Positions 27,833 through 37,850 of a stretch of 41,097 nt of DNA are shown here, piece by piece (within the stretch, counting starts at the first letter, position 1; each line of letters starts with the position of its first letter). A program made the position numbers and the translations under genes. This DNA comes from a virus. Lineage: Duplodnaviria; Caudoviricetes. Below the pieces are notes generated by a model that worked only from the letters and a program-made list of their open reading frames with translations, was not told the DNA's origin and did no database searches. The stretch spans positions 1 through 41,097 of IMG/VR virus record IMGVR_UViG_3300025600_000033; one strand, given 5' to 3'.

Positions 27833-28900
27833 TTAAATTCCAGCCATGTATTTTGAATAACCACTCTTTGAATTCAAGCCCTTGTCAGTGTTATAAACTA
27901 AATGAACCATTCCATTTTTCTTATACAATGGGGTGGCTTTTTCATAAGGAGAAAGAGAACCTAACTTACCACCATTCTCATCATAAATAATCTCCATAGT
28001 TGATCCATTGTGCCATGCATTTTGTGAAAAATAGACAATATTATTTGATACTGTGATATAACCATTTTTTACTCCACTTGAAGTAGGGTACTCGACCAAA
28101 CAAAGACCACGCGAATAACTTACGTCCAAAACCGTGATGATATCATTTGCAGACACATATCTATTAGGAATAACTGAACCATTCGCATCCCGAATAAGCA
28201 TTTGAGAAGTGCATTTAGCATTGTTAGGATACGAGAAATTTAAAGATTGAGAAACTGGTACAGGAGTTACAATAGGGGTAGTTCCTCCACGCGAAGGTTC
28301 AACAATTGGAACAGGGACAACAACAGGAGTAACTACACCATTATATGCAACTCCAAAATAAGTACAAACACTTTTAGCAATAATCACAGATATTTGTTGT
28401 CTTACATTAGGATCTACTAATTTAGCATTGTCATCTTTATTATCTAAAAATGCAGTTTCCAATAGAGCAGATGGCATTTTAGTATCCCTAATAACTTCAA
28501 AATTAGAAACCTTAATTCCACGATTTGAAAATAATTGTCCCATCTGTGGGTTTAGGATTTTAGCAAATTTTTCAGCATTGCCACCTAATCCAAAAATATG
28601 TACACTTGTGCCGTATGCAGATCCATTAAAAGCATCTGCATGAACTGATAAATAAAAATCTGCTTTTGCATTATTAGCAATTTGGCATCTTGTATTTAAT
28701 GAAGCATTTAATGAAGAGCCATCACCATTAACTCTTGCACCATCACGAGTCATAATAACTTTAATTCCATTTGCTATAATTAATTGTTGAGCACGTTTAC
28801 AAATATCTAATACAATATCCTGCTCTGTAACTCCAAATCCTGAACAACCTGTATCTGGATTTGGCACTGATTGATGTCCGGGATCTAGGCATATTAACAT
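27833..28900 (-). CDS. Endolysin, N-acetylmuramoyl-L-alanine amidase (Amidase_3) with C-terminal SH3-like binding modules
   Basis: LDPGH, E, SVHAD, LLETAF zinc/catalytic motifs. Confidence 0.95.
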   Translation of the reverse strand: MLICLDPGHQSVPNPDTGCSGFGVTEQDIVLDICKRAQQLIIANGIKVIMTRDGARVNGDGSSLNASLNTRCQIANNAKADFYLSVHADAFNGSAYGTSVHIFGLGGNAEKFAKILNPQMGQLFSNRGIKVSNFEVIRDTKMPSALLETAFLDNKDDNAKLVDPNVRQQISVIIAKSVCTYFGVAYNGVVTPVVVPVPIVEPSRGGTTPIVTPVPVSQSLNFSYPNNAKCTSQMLIRDANGSVIPNRYVSANDIITVLDVSYSRGLCLVEYPTSSGVKNGYITVSNNIVYFSQNAWHNGSTMEIIYDENGGKLGSLSPYEKATPLYKKNGMVHLVYNTDKGLNSKSGYSKYMAGI

Positions 28901-28928
28901 TATTATTTTACCTCCATTAAATAAATTT

Positions 28929-29711
28929 TTAAATAACAGGTTTAACTACTTCATCTGCAAAACCTACATAAGCATCTGTACAATATTGAACATAATCAAA
29001 TGGCATCCAAAAACATCCTTCAAAACCTTGATCTTTAATACCCCAATTTTTACTCCATGAATTTCTCACAAGAATCATTTTTGCATTATTGTCTAGTCCA
29101 CAAAATACAACCGCATGACCTCCCATTTCTTGAGAATAAGAATTAGGCATAGTCAAAATTCCAGTATCAGCAACTTCTTTGGATTCAAGTTCCCCAAAAA
29201 CGGTGATTCCTGCGTATATTGGATGATTATTATTTAAAGCATCTGTAATATCAGATAATACATTGTCTGAATTAATTTTTTGTACTTGTTTAGGATTAAG
29301 TTTTAACAAAACGTCCCAATCTTTAGTAGGGGGTTCAATTTCAAAAGTCTCAGATGTGTAGGGGTCACTTTGGGAGGGCAAGACTCCAAATTGTTCTCCT
29401 ACATATAAAGCGTCTTCTAGAGAAGCACCAGAATCTTCACTGGTTGCTATATTCTCCATCTTTCTTTCTTCATAATATTGGGCTTGTTCTGATGGATCAA
29501 TCCAATTTCCTATTAAACCTGCTTGTGCTAATAATGCTCTACGAAATTCAAGATAAGAAAATGCACTACAACTTCCTTCATTACCTTGGTCTAAAACTTC
29601 TCCAAGTAAATCATTCATATTAATTATATTTGTTGTTATTTGTTTACCACTATTTTGATAAATCTGATGAGTAGAAGGAGAAATAGATTTATATACCTGA
29701 TATTTCGTAAT
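28929..29711 (-). CDS. Papain-like (C1A) cysteine protease; probable non-AUG start upstream of ATG 29618
   Basis: QGNEGSC, GGHAV, VRNSW..WG. Confidence 0.88.
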   Translation of the reverse strand: MTKYQVYKSISPSTHQIYQNSGKQITTNIINMNDLLGEVLDQGNEGSCSAFSYLEFRRALLAQAGLIGNWIDPSEQAQYYEERKMENIATSEDSGASLEDALYVGEQFGVLPSQSDPYTSETFEIEPPTKDWDVLLKLNPKQVQKINSDNVLSDITDALNNNHPIYAGITVFGELESKEVADTGILTMPNSYSQEMGGHAVVFCGLDNNAKMILVRNSWSKNWGIKDQGFEGCFWMPFDYVQYCTDAYVGFADEVVKPVI

Positions 29712-29960
29712 ATCAACTCCTTATTTATATAATAATAAGAGAAGTGTAAAAAAAATACACCTCTCTCATGCTCCATTATGCTTCCATATGCTCCCGTTTT
29801 CAAACTCATAATTCCTTTAAAACTATACTTTCGTTCTATGCATAATTATTTATAAAGAGCATTAAGCTTTTACACTCTTAATAAATATATAAATGTTTAT
29901 TTAAAGAATGGCAAAGAAAAGACCATTTCTAGTCAAAATTCTTTGCCTTTATGGGATGGT

Positions 29961-30101
29961 TTAAACTGGAATGATTGGGAATCCATTATCATCTAATCCG
30001 AGTGCTAACAAATCTTCATGTACTGCTGGTTGGTATTTAACTGGAACTTGTGAAAATGTTCTACGTCCTGCCATAATCAATGCGATATACATATCGACCA
30101 T
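29961..30101 (-). CDS. CD1375-like small phage protein
   Basis: MVDMYIALIMAGRRTFSQVP; SD GAGGGGGTGA. Confidence 0.75.
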   Translation of the reverse strand: MVDMYIALIMAGRRTFSQVPVKYQPAVHEDLLALGLDDNGFPIIPV

Positions 30102-30135
30102 GATTTCACCCCCTCTCAACAACATAAAAATTATA

Positions 30136-30237
30136 CTAAGCATTTAGTAACGCCTGTACTTCTACTTTGTATTTCTCAGGAACATGTTCTATCGTTCGTC
30201 TGCCATCTTTAATCAATTTATAATACATATCTGGCAT
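30136..30237 (-). CDS. Second CD1375-like protein MPDMYYKLIKDGRRTIEHVPEKYKVEVQALLNA
   Basis: Not in ORF track; SD AAAGGA; paralog of the neighbour. Confidence 0.75.
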   Translation of the reverse strand: MPDMYYKLIKDGRRTIEHVPEKYKVEVQALLNA

Positions 30238-30238
30238 A

Positions 30239-30469
30239 TTAAATCGTTCCTTTCGCTGACATTTCATCGTAGAATGTGGCGAGAACATCCATGATTGTTA
30301 GTTGATTGTTTAGTGACTCGTTAACTAGGTTCTCTAACGGTTTCACATCTGAGAAGATTAAGAAATTTCCTTCTGTGATATTTTGCTCTTCGATAAGTAT
30401 TTTGTTAGAGTTGGCATTTAATATGACATGCTTTGATTCCTGAGTTTGATATTGTATTTTTGTTAACAT
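30239..30469 (-). CDS. Small tail-fibre-associated protein
   Basis: SD AAGGAGG; position between fibre and CD1375-like genes. Confidence 0.65.
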   Translation of the reverse strand: MLTKIQYQTQESKHVILNANSNKILIEEQNITEGNFLIFSDVKPLENLVNESLNNQLTIMDVLATFYDEMSAKGTI

Positions 30470-30479
30470 AATATCCTCC

Positions 30480-30890
30480 TTATACATCTACCGAAAATGT
30501 TGTTCCTATAAACACTATTCCAGTATATAGTTTTAGGTTTGTAATATATGTCGTTCCACTGGCTGTCATGGCATATATTTGTATTAAATCACCCGCAACA
30601 ACTGCTATATCTTCTGTGTAGGTTATATATGACGCAGAGCTAGTTTGTCTTATAACCCCTACAGCAACACCATTTTTGTAAATCCTGCCATACGCTGTAG
30701 TTGAGTTAGTTCTCATATCGAACTTGACTCTTATTGTTCCACTTGCATTTATGGATACTTCTTTTGTTTTTGCATATGATGAACTGGTAGTGGCTGATAT
30801 TACAGTGTTACCTGCAAAATAATTATCTCCTGCTGTAAGAATTAAACTTCCACCATCGTTCAATCCACCTTTTACGATTCCTCTTGCCAT
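30480..30890 (-). CDS. Putative fibre tip / beta-sandwich protein
   Basis: RIYKNGVAVG...V.AGDLIQIY motif. Confidence 0.6.
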   Translation of the reverse strand: MARGIVKGGLNDGGSLILTAGDNYFAGNTVISATTSSSYAKTKEVSINASGTIRVKFDMRTNSTTAYGRIYKNGVAVGVIRQTSSASYITYTEDIAVVAGDLIQIYAMTASGTTYITNLKLYTGIVFIGTTFSVDV

Positions 30891-30893
30891 ACC

Positions 30894-31583
30894 CTATACC
30901 ACCTTCTGGATGTAATAGTCAAAAGTTATATCAGCAGATTCATTAACTGACGATGTAATAGTGAATGAACCAATGGCACTATTAACAACCCATATGCCCA
31001 AAGGTAGCGTCACTGAAGTTATCACGATAGTAATTAGACTATCAGCAGTACAAAATGCATCAATAAATGTCTGAGATGTGTCGTTATCCGTATAAGTAGA
31101 ACTAGACTTTTTTAACTTAGCTATATCTATAGAAGCCGTAAGTTTCTTATCTAACTCCCCTTTGAGTCCTACTGGATGAACTGCTAGTATGCTACTTGTT
31201 CCTGTCGTTACCTCTGCATTAGTTGCAAACTCTACGTGTCCCTTGACTGTCTCTGTCGCGATCTCCGCTGAGTGTGATAGAAGATCATCTTTATTTGCCT
31301 TTTCAACAAATCCCCCGATACCACTTAAAATACCGATTTGACTTACATTATTATTCATTGATTGTACCAATGTATCATAAACACTTGTATTCAATGTATC
31401 TATCCATACCCAAGTTGTTCCATCATATTCATATAACTTTCCGTCATCTATAGTCCTAACTGTCCAATTAATCAATGGTGAAGGATAGGTACTTGCTATA
31501 TCCGTATATGTTGCAACTGGGTTTTTAAAAATTGCTGAAAACGATGGTGAAGTTTGCCCTCCATTTGAATTATATCGCGACAT
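30894..31583 (-). CDS. Tail fibre-like protein
   Basis: ATETVKGHVEFATNAEV fibre repeat. Confidence 0.65.
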   Translation of the reverse strand: MSRYNSNGGQTSPSFSAIFKNPVATYTDIASTYPSPLINWTVRTIDDGKLYEYDGTTWVWIDTLNTSVYDTLVQSMNNNVSQIGILSGIGGFVEKANKDDLLSHSAEIATETVKGHVEFATNAEVTTGTSSILAVHPVGLKGELDKKLTASIDIAKLKKSSSTYTDNDTSQTFIDAFCTADSLITIVITSVTLPLGIWVVNSAIGSFTITSSVNESADITFDYYIQKVV

Positions 31584-32016
31584 AACTTATTCCCTCCCCA
31601 CCAATAGAGGAATCAATCCATATCAAATTTGCATTAGATACTTGGTAGTCAAAACTTTCTTTTGATGAAAGTTCTACACCAAATATAGATTCGGATACGT
31701 CACTTCCACCAGCATAAATATAACCACTATTAGTGCGTTTTGCAATAATAGTAACCATTTGACAAGGCATATCTGGAAGTTGGGTTCTTACTCCTGCCGT
31801 GGTAACTATTTGTATTGCACCGATATTTAATGTACTCCCAACAATAGTAACTCCATTATTTACTTGATCAATTCCGACTTTACCTAAAATATTATTTCCT
31901 GATGGTAAAGCTGAACTAACCGTTACTTTTGGAGATGATACCGTATCTATTCCTTTAACCCAATTAGAGACATTTAACCAGAGGTCTCTAAGGTTTCCTA
32001 AACTAATTAAAGCCAT
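31570..32016 (-). CDS. Hypothetical virion protein
   Basis: LPSGNNILGKVGI motif; N.GYIYAG beta-sandwich. Confidence 0.6.
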   Translation of the reverse strand: MALISLGNLRDLWLNVSNWVKGIDTVSSPKVTVSSALPSGNNILGKVGIDQVNNGVTIVGSTLNIGAIQIVTTAGVRTQLPDMPCQMVTIIAKRTNSGYIYAGGSDVSESIFGVELSSKESFDYQVSNANLIWIDSSIGGEGISYVAI

Positions 32017-32086
32017 AAAGTCACTGCCTTTCTAAGAATAGAGAGAGTTAATTTATTCTCTCTATTCCGTAAGTGTATTTATTATT

Positions 32087-32224
32087 TTATTGTGGTACAT
32101 AAATTTCATTAGTAATATCAAAATATTGCAGGTCTGTAATCTTGTTAAAGACTACTGCTTCTTTAACCATGTCCTTAGTCCACAATTTTGCATCATAAAA
32201 TTTTTTAATTCTAGAAAGCCACAT
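32087..32224 (-). CDS. xkdX: XkdX family protein
   Basis: MWLSRIKKFYDAKLWTKDMVKEAVVFNKITDLQYFDITNEIY; not in ORF track. Confidence 0.8.
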   Translation of the reverse strand: MWLSRIKKFYDAKLWTKDMVKEAVVFNKITDLQYFDITNEIYVPQ

Positions 32225-32225
32225 G

Positions 32226-32387
32226 TCATATTCCTCCCAATCGCATTACTTCATACCAAAGTTGAGATTTCTCTGTTTCATCTTCATTAATTTTGGACTC
32301 TTTAAGCATATTATCATACCAAAGTTGTGCTATCTCCACCGAGTCTTTATTTACAGGCTGTCTGTTTAATGATTTATATTTATCCAA
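32226..32387 (-). CDS. Small tail chaperone-like protein with duplicated QLWY
   Basis: 53-aa ORF between beta-propeller gene and xkdX. Confidence 0.65.
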   Translation of the reverse strand: MDKYKSLNRQPVNKDSVEIAQLWYDNMLKESKINEDETEKSQLWYEVMRLGGI

Positions 32388-32393
32388 AATCAC

Positions 32394-34169
32394 TTAATTC
32401 ACCCCCGCCCATGCCATTACCCAATTCACTTTTCCATTTCCAATACCCGGAGAAATTCTAGTAAATTTTAATTTAACAATTAATTGATTTCCACTATGAT
32501 TTAGTACCACAGTTTCACCAGTAGTTATTATACTTTCCCATGTCGCCCCGCCATTTAGGGATACATCGTATGTTCTATTCACCCCTGTATCTAAAACTGC
32601 GTCATCTAAAATAAACACACTATTGCCCACTACAGATAAAGTTGTTGGTTTTAAAGTTAAATCTCCTGTAGTTGGAGTGGTAACAACCCCTTTTCCGTCA
32701 TAAATTATTAAGAAAGGGGTTAAATCAGATGCTATTGCTAAATTTGCAGATTGTGAACTATAAGAAGATGTATTGCACACTCCCGTTGGCAAATATGGCT
32801 GATTATCTATTTTTGTGAATATATCATTATTTATTTTATACTGTGTCATATAAGGAAATGCAATATGGGATATATTTAAATAAATACCGTCTGGACTAAA
32901 ACTCACTCCATTTGCATTCCCAGTAGGTAATTGTTCAGGATTTGGCAATTTAACAAATGAATCTCCATTACGTTTATAAATTGTAATATATGGAGATGTG
33001 AGATGTACAATTGCCAAATAAGGGTTGCTATAATCTGCGTCTTGCCCATACCCAGTAGGTAGAATATCTGGGTTTGCTATTTTTGCATAAATGTCACCTG
33101 TGCGTTTATAGATACTAACACATGGCGAATTTGAATGTGCGACCATGAGATATGTTCCATCATCACTGAGAGACACCCCATTACCTGTTGATGTAGGATT
33201 TCCGCCTGTCACATTTGATAGTTTAGCAAAAACATCACCACTGCGTTTGTAAATATTAACATATGGACTAGAACTTATAGCTAAAGCTAGATATATACCA
33301 TCTGAACTAAATGACGCATCATTAACAGGTCCACTTGGTAATACTAATGGAGGGTTAAGTTTTGTGAAAATATCTCCATCTCTTTTATATAAAATAAGAT
33401 AAGGGGCGATAGCAATACCAACCGCTAGATATATACCATCTGAACTAAATTTAACATCTTTCACGAGAGTTGACGGTACATTTAGTGTGTTTTCAATTAA
33501 TTTATTATAAATAGTTTCGTCTTTTTTATATATTGTTAAATACGGAGCAAAATTAAGACCAACTGCTAAGTAAATACCATCTGGACTAAACCCTACACTA
33601 TTTACTTTATTGGTTGGCATAACGTCTGGATTTGCAACCTTCACAAGTTTATCAAAATTTGGTGTTCCAAAACTAGCAAACCCTTCTCCTTTTTTCATTC
33701 CCCGAGTAACTACCATATTATTAAATGATTCAACTTCATCTTGATTTTCAAAGAACCCGTCACCTTGCCAACCAGACATTTGTTCTTTGCCTTGAATAAC
33801 TTGTGCTTCTAATTCCCAAAGAGATACATTTTGTTCTGCGTCTGTAGCATAAATTGGGGCAAGATTTGTATGTACATTTAAAAGTGTTTCTACGTTATTT
33901 GATAAAGTATTTATATCTTCAGCAGTTAACATATAATCTTTTAATGCGTCTTGAAGTATCAATAAAAGTCCTTCTTGTCCTTGATTTGCATAGATGCCTG
34001 CTTTATATGTTAATGTATCATAGACAATCGCAGATGATGCGGATGTGAATGATGGGTCTCCCGTTGTGCTACGAGGATATAATGTAAAAAGATAATTAAA
34101 TTGTTTGTATTCTGAAATTAAAGTAGTTAGTAAATCAAGTTTTAATGCCATATTTTTATTTGTCACCAT
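32394..34169 (-). CDS. Tail/baseplate protein with WD40-like beta-propeller
   Basis: About seven FSxDG.YLAV...PY..IYKR.GD.F.KL repeats. Confidence 0.8.
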   Translation of the reverse strand: MVTNKNMALKLDLLTTLISEYKQFNYLFTLYPRSTTGDPSFTSASSAIVYDTLTYKAGIYANQGQEGLLLILQDALKDYMLTAEDINTLSNNVETLLNVHTNLAPIYATDAEQNVSLWELEAQVIQGKEQMSGWQGDGFFENQDEVESFNNMVVTRGMKKGEGFASFGTPNFDKLVKVANPDVMPTNKVNSVGFSPDGIYLAVGLNFAPYLTIYKKDETIYNKLIENTLNVPSTLVKDVKFSSDGIYLAVGIAIAPYLILYKRDGDIFTKLNPPLVLPSGPVNDASFSSDGIYLALAISSSPYVNIYKRSGDVFAKLSNVTGGNPTSTGNGVSLSDDGTYLMVAHSNSPCVSIYKRTGDIYAKIANPDILPTGYGQDADYSNPYLAIVHLTSPYITIYKRNGDSFVKLPNPEQLPTGNANGVSFSPDGIYLNISHIAFPYMTQYKINNDIFTKIDNQPYLPTGVCNTSSYSSQSANLAIASDLTPFLIIYDGKGVVTTPTTGDLTLKPTTLSVVGNSVFILDDAVLDTGVNRTYDVSLNGGATWESIITTGETVVLNHSGNQLIVKLKFTRISPGIGNGKVNWVMAWAGVN

Positions 34170-34208
34170 CCTTTTGTGGATATTTATTTATAATTTAATT
34201 GACTTTAA

Positions 34209-34514
34209 TTATGGTTTATTTTTAGCAACTGCTACATATGCATTTGAGAGAGAAGAGAGGGAATATAAATAAACCTCATCTCCAATTGCAAGAGTCTGAG
34301 ATGTTTTATTTTTAAGTCCTGTTATTTCCGTTAAATCTCCAATAAGATGAACATTTATCAAATTACCATTCACACTTGTAACAATTGAATCCCACGCTCT
34401 AAGATTTCCATATTTCTTCATTTCTTGTTGAACTATTTCTTTTGCTTTTTTTTCGATAAGATTATTGAGAAATGTACCAAATTCTGTGGAACATATATCC
34501 ACGTCCATATTCAT
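34209..34514 (-). CDS. Small OB-fold-like baseplate/tail protein
   Basis: VTSVNG...L.IGDEV pattern; position. Confidence 0.55.
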   Translation of the reverse strand: MNMDVDICSTEFGTFLNNLIEKKAKEIVQQEMKKYGNLRAWDSIVTSVNGNLINVHLIGDLTEITGLKNKTSQTLAIGDEVYLYSLSSLSNAYVAVAKNKP

Positions 34515-34546
34515 ATTGTTTTCACCTACTTATGAATTAAGTTTAT

Positions 34547-35689
34547 TTAACTTACTACAAGTTCTTTTTCTTTAATGCATTTTAGACTCATATTTCCTCC
34601 AAAAGACAATGGTATACTTAATGAACTAACAAGATAACGTTCCTTATTAAGTTTTAAATTAAAATCTGTAATGGTTATGACATCTGAATCCGAATTAGAT
34701 ATATGATACATAGGAATACTATTAATAGATATTTCACTTTGTTTTGCTGTTAATCTTTTAAGAATAAAAGCACTTAGGTCTGAACATTTTATATTACTAT
34801 CTAATAGATCAGACGTATGAAGGTAACACATTTCATAACCTAAGTTGGGGATAGAAATATCAGAGTCTAAATTATTATTGTAGGAAATCGAGGAATAAGT
34901 TGCTCCATTCACATTACTGCCTACTACTTTACAACTATTAGAAATCTCATCCCACTTATGCTCTAAAGAACCCCCTAAATATTGAAAACTATCTTGGTTA
35001 TAATCCCATACAGATGACTTAACACTATTTTCTAAGTCTGGTTCCATTACTAATACACCATCAGAATTGTAAAAAATATTAGAAGAATAAATTGTTGCTA
35101 ACTCTAATAATAAATCAGACAACTTGGAAGATGATTCTTTAGTTATTGTATATGGAATTTTTTTATTCAAGAGAGAAGAATGAAAAATCGGAGGTGTCTT
35201 ATCTCCAATAAGATTTAAGATAGATTGAACCGCATCTGTAATATTTGTATTTATTGGTATTATATATGTAGCGTTCAAGCTACCTCTTCCATTAGAAAAA
35301 CTTGAAAATTTATCTGAACCTTTTAATTGTATTTTTGAATTAGAAAAATCTGAAACTATTGTTGGATTTTCTAGTAGGTATACTCCCTGCGAAAACCATT
35401 CAATATTTCCAATATCATCTTCTAATCCACACCAAACCTTAAATTTAGAATTCAAAAATAATGAATCTGGAGATATGTAATAAGGATTATCAGTTGTATT
35501 ATTTATTTGTAAATTACAACTTCTCCTTACTCCATTCTTATACTCAATATTTATACCCCCAGTAGAAGAATCAAGATGATTTGTTATTTCTGCAAAAACA
35601 GATTCGTCCGTGGGACGTAATAACTCTACTTTTATTCGTTGACGATAAACCCCTGAATTTAGTATATTTAGGTAATTATCAAAATTAAT
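34547..35689 (-). CDS. Tail/baseplate hub-like protein; ATT start
   Basis: Frame open 78 codons upstream of the track start, to GGGAGGTGAT-ttaa-ATT; includes GVRRSCNL. Confidence 0.75.
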   Translation of the reverse strand: MNFDNYLNILNSGVYRQRIKVELLRPTDESVFAEITNHLDSSTGGINIEYKNGVRRSCNLQINNTTDNPYYISPDSLFLNSKFKVWCGLEDDIGNIEWFSQGVYLLENPTIVSDFSNSKIQLKGSDKFSSFSNGRGSLNATYIIPINTNITDAVQSILNLIGDKTPPIFHSSLLNKKIPYTITKESSSKLSDLLLELATIYSSNIFYNSDGVLVMEPDLENSVKSSVWDYNQDSFQYLGGSLEHKWDEISNSCKVVGSNVNGATYSSISYNNNLDSDISIPNLGYEMCYLHTSDLLDSNIKCSDLSAFILKRLTAKQSEISINSIPMYHISNSDSDVITITDFNLKLNKERYLVSSLSIPLSFGGNMSLKCIKEKELVVS

Positions 35690-35721
35690 TTAAATCACCT
35701 CCCTAAGTAATCTATTAAATT

Positions 35722-36579
35722 TTAAATATCTGAAACTTCTGTAATATCAAAAGAAACAATTATGGGTTGTTCCAAAATCCCATCCTCAAGGACTTTTTCA
35801 GAATAATTAGTCGTATAAATTTTATAAATTTCTCCACGACGAGTCTTGAAAATCTTTTGTTTTCCATTTAAAATAAACTCTCGTAAACTATCTACATATT
35901 GGATACTTTGTTGTAGAGACCCATTTATATCTACGTTTCCACAAATACAACTCAATTTAGTAGTGAGATATCTACTTTTCCCTTGTGATATACTAGGAAA
36001 TTTTGAATAGCTTTTATTTATTGTTACGTCTCCATTATATTGTTTGTCTGATGAAGTGACATTTAAATCAAATTTATATGCAATACCATTATCTGAATCT
36101 AATAAATAATATCCATAAAATGAAGTTTCAATCTCTTCTGCCTCAAGAGGTTCAGATAATTCATCAGATGAACTTGCAAAAATTGAATACACATATTTTT
36201 TATTTGCTTGAGCAGAATAGTCAACAAATTCAGAAACTCCAACATCTAAATTTCCTAATACCTTCAATGTATTACCTTCAACTTCTCTGCGATTAACTTG
36301 CCAACTAGTAACAGGATTAGTTAAATTAGAGATATTTCCACCTGCTAATGAATTCTCAAATCCACACATTAATAAAGTATCGACTTTCCAAGTCAAAGTG
36401 TCCGTCAAAATGATTTTTCTTATATCTTCGTTTTCCATTTCTACATTTTTTATTTGTAGTTTATCAATTGTAGAATTACCATAGATTCTTACTTTGTTAT
36501 AAACTCTCCTAAGAGGTAATGCTTTACCTTCGATATGTTTGAAGATTGCAGTACCTAGAAAATTTCCTGAAAGAAACAA
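35722..36579 (-). CDS. Phage tail protein
   Basis: FN3-like segment and K.FKTRRGEI motif; position after tape measure. Confidence 0.65.
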   Translation of the reverse strand: MFLSGNFLGTAIFKHIEGKALPLRRVYNKVRIYGNSTIDKLQIKNVEMENEDIRKIILTDTLTWKVDTLLMCGFENSLAGGNISNLTNPVTSWQVNRREVEGNTLKVLGNLDVGVSEFVDYSAQANKKYVYSIFASSSDELSEPLEAEEIETSFYGYYLLDSDNGIAYKFDLNVTSSDKQYNGDVTINKSYSKFPSISQGKSRYLTTKLSCICGNVDINGSLQQSIQYVDSLREFILNGKQKIFKTRRGEIYKIYTTNYSEKVLEDGILEQPIIVSFDITEVSDI

Positions 36580-36594
36580 ATTATTTTCACCACC

Positions 36595-37776
36595 TTACAA
36601 ATGCAGATATTCATAAATTTGATTGTTTACTATAATTAAAACTTCAATACTTTTTACCGCTATTAAAAATACGTCTAATGGTAATTCTTTTGCAGAACCA
36701 TTTACAATCTTTTGGTCATTCTTAAAATAAAAACAACTCAATTCAGGATCATATCCAACTTCATAAATCACACCAAAATCATCCACAAAGTCTAACATCT
36801 TACCACCAGTAAATAAATTGCTTGGAATATAGTCTATTAATGCTGTAAAGTTCATAGGAATATCAACATTAAATTCCACATGATTTGGAGTTAATGATTT
36901 ACCAAATAAAGTATTAAATAAAATAGAACATCCATAGAATTCATCAAATGTTAATGCTTCATCAAAGGTAGTTGATTCGTCTACTGCATCAGTATCATTA
37001 AAATCAGAATCTAAATTTAATCCTGTATTGTCCTCAGTAAATAAACTAGGAACATATTTACTTGACCCTGTTACAGTTCCAGCGATTATTGTTGCAGGAG
37101 ACCATTTTACATTTACAGCAGATAACTCAGGCAATAAAGTTGCAGTAGGAACAAAATTAAGTGATGGAGACGAGTAATTAACAGAGAATCCATATACAAT
37201 GGATTGAACAGTTACATTTTGTTGGTTTTCTACAACTGTATATACTTTATAATTTTGTGAATTTACAAATCCATCGTATGTATATTCAAGTTTTGCAGAA
37301 TAACTATATGGAGTTTGGAGAATTATATTATTATTTAAATCCATAAAAACTGCATACCAACGATTAATAGGAATATTTTCACTTTGAGTATATGTTGCAG
37401 AAAATAGATATTTTTTAGATGTAATATTAGATGGTACTACCATTGTAAGAGTAGGAATAGAGTAGCAAGAAAAAGGTGTTTCTCTTGACGTTGCTAATGA
37501 TACTCCAGAAAAAACTGTAAATGTATATTTATATTGTAATCCATTTGATAATATATGGGGGACTAAAACGTGGGAAAGCTTTTCTCCTTGATAAAGATTG
37601 GGGGATAAAAAAAGTTTAGTTGAGTCATAAACTACAATATTTGTTAATAGATTATATATTATTAATTGATAATAATCTGCATAACTTCCTTCTATTTTTG
37701 CTGAGAAAATGTTTTCTATAGAAGCATCTAAACTTGTAGAATTTGGACTAAGATATTTTGGTTGATAAATTGCGAT
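36595..37776 (-). CDS. Phage tail protein; probable ATC start
   Basis: AAAGGAGTTGAT-ctcc-ATC GCA ATT TAT CAA. Confidence 0.65.
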   Translation of the reverse strand: MAIYQPKYLSPNSTSLDASIENIFSAKIEGSYADYYQLIIYNLLTNIVVYDSTKLFLSPNLYQGEKLSHVLVPHILSNGLQYKYTFTVFSGVSLATSRETPFSCYSIPTLTMVVPSNITSKKYLFSATYTQSENIPINRWYAVFMDLNNNIILQTPYSYSAKLEYTYDGFVNSQNYKVYTVVENQQNVTVQSIVYGFSVNYSSPSLNFVPTATLLPELSAVNVKWSPATIIAGTVTGSSKYVPSLFTEDNTGLNLDSDFNDTDAVDESTTFDEALTFDEFYGCSILFNTLFGKSLTPNHVEFNVDIPMNFTALIDYIPSNLFTGGKMLDFVDDFGVIYEVGYDPELSCFYFKNDQKIVNGSAKELPLDVFLIAVKSIEVLIIVNNQIYEYLHL

Positions 37777-37850
37777 GGAGATCAACTCCTTTCTAAAAAA
37801 GTGGGAGAGATGGTTAAATTAATAACCTCTCATTGAATTGAATTATTATT

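Noticed and set aside
29769-29800. Short atgct(t)cc triple repeat
   Set aside because: Too short and degenerate to interpret
12023-34169. Diversity-generating retroelement acting on fibres
   Set aside because: No reverse transcriptase and no TR/VR pair with adenine-specific mismatches seen
34547-35689. Pseudogene or alternative genetic code to explain missing starts
   Set aside because: Frames are uninterrupted and all three stop codons end genes normally; near-cognate initiation is simpler
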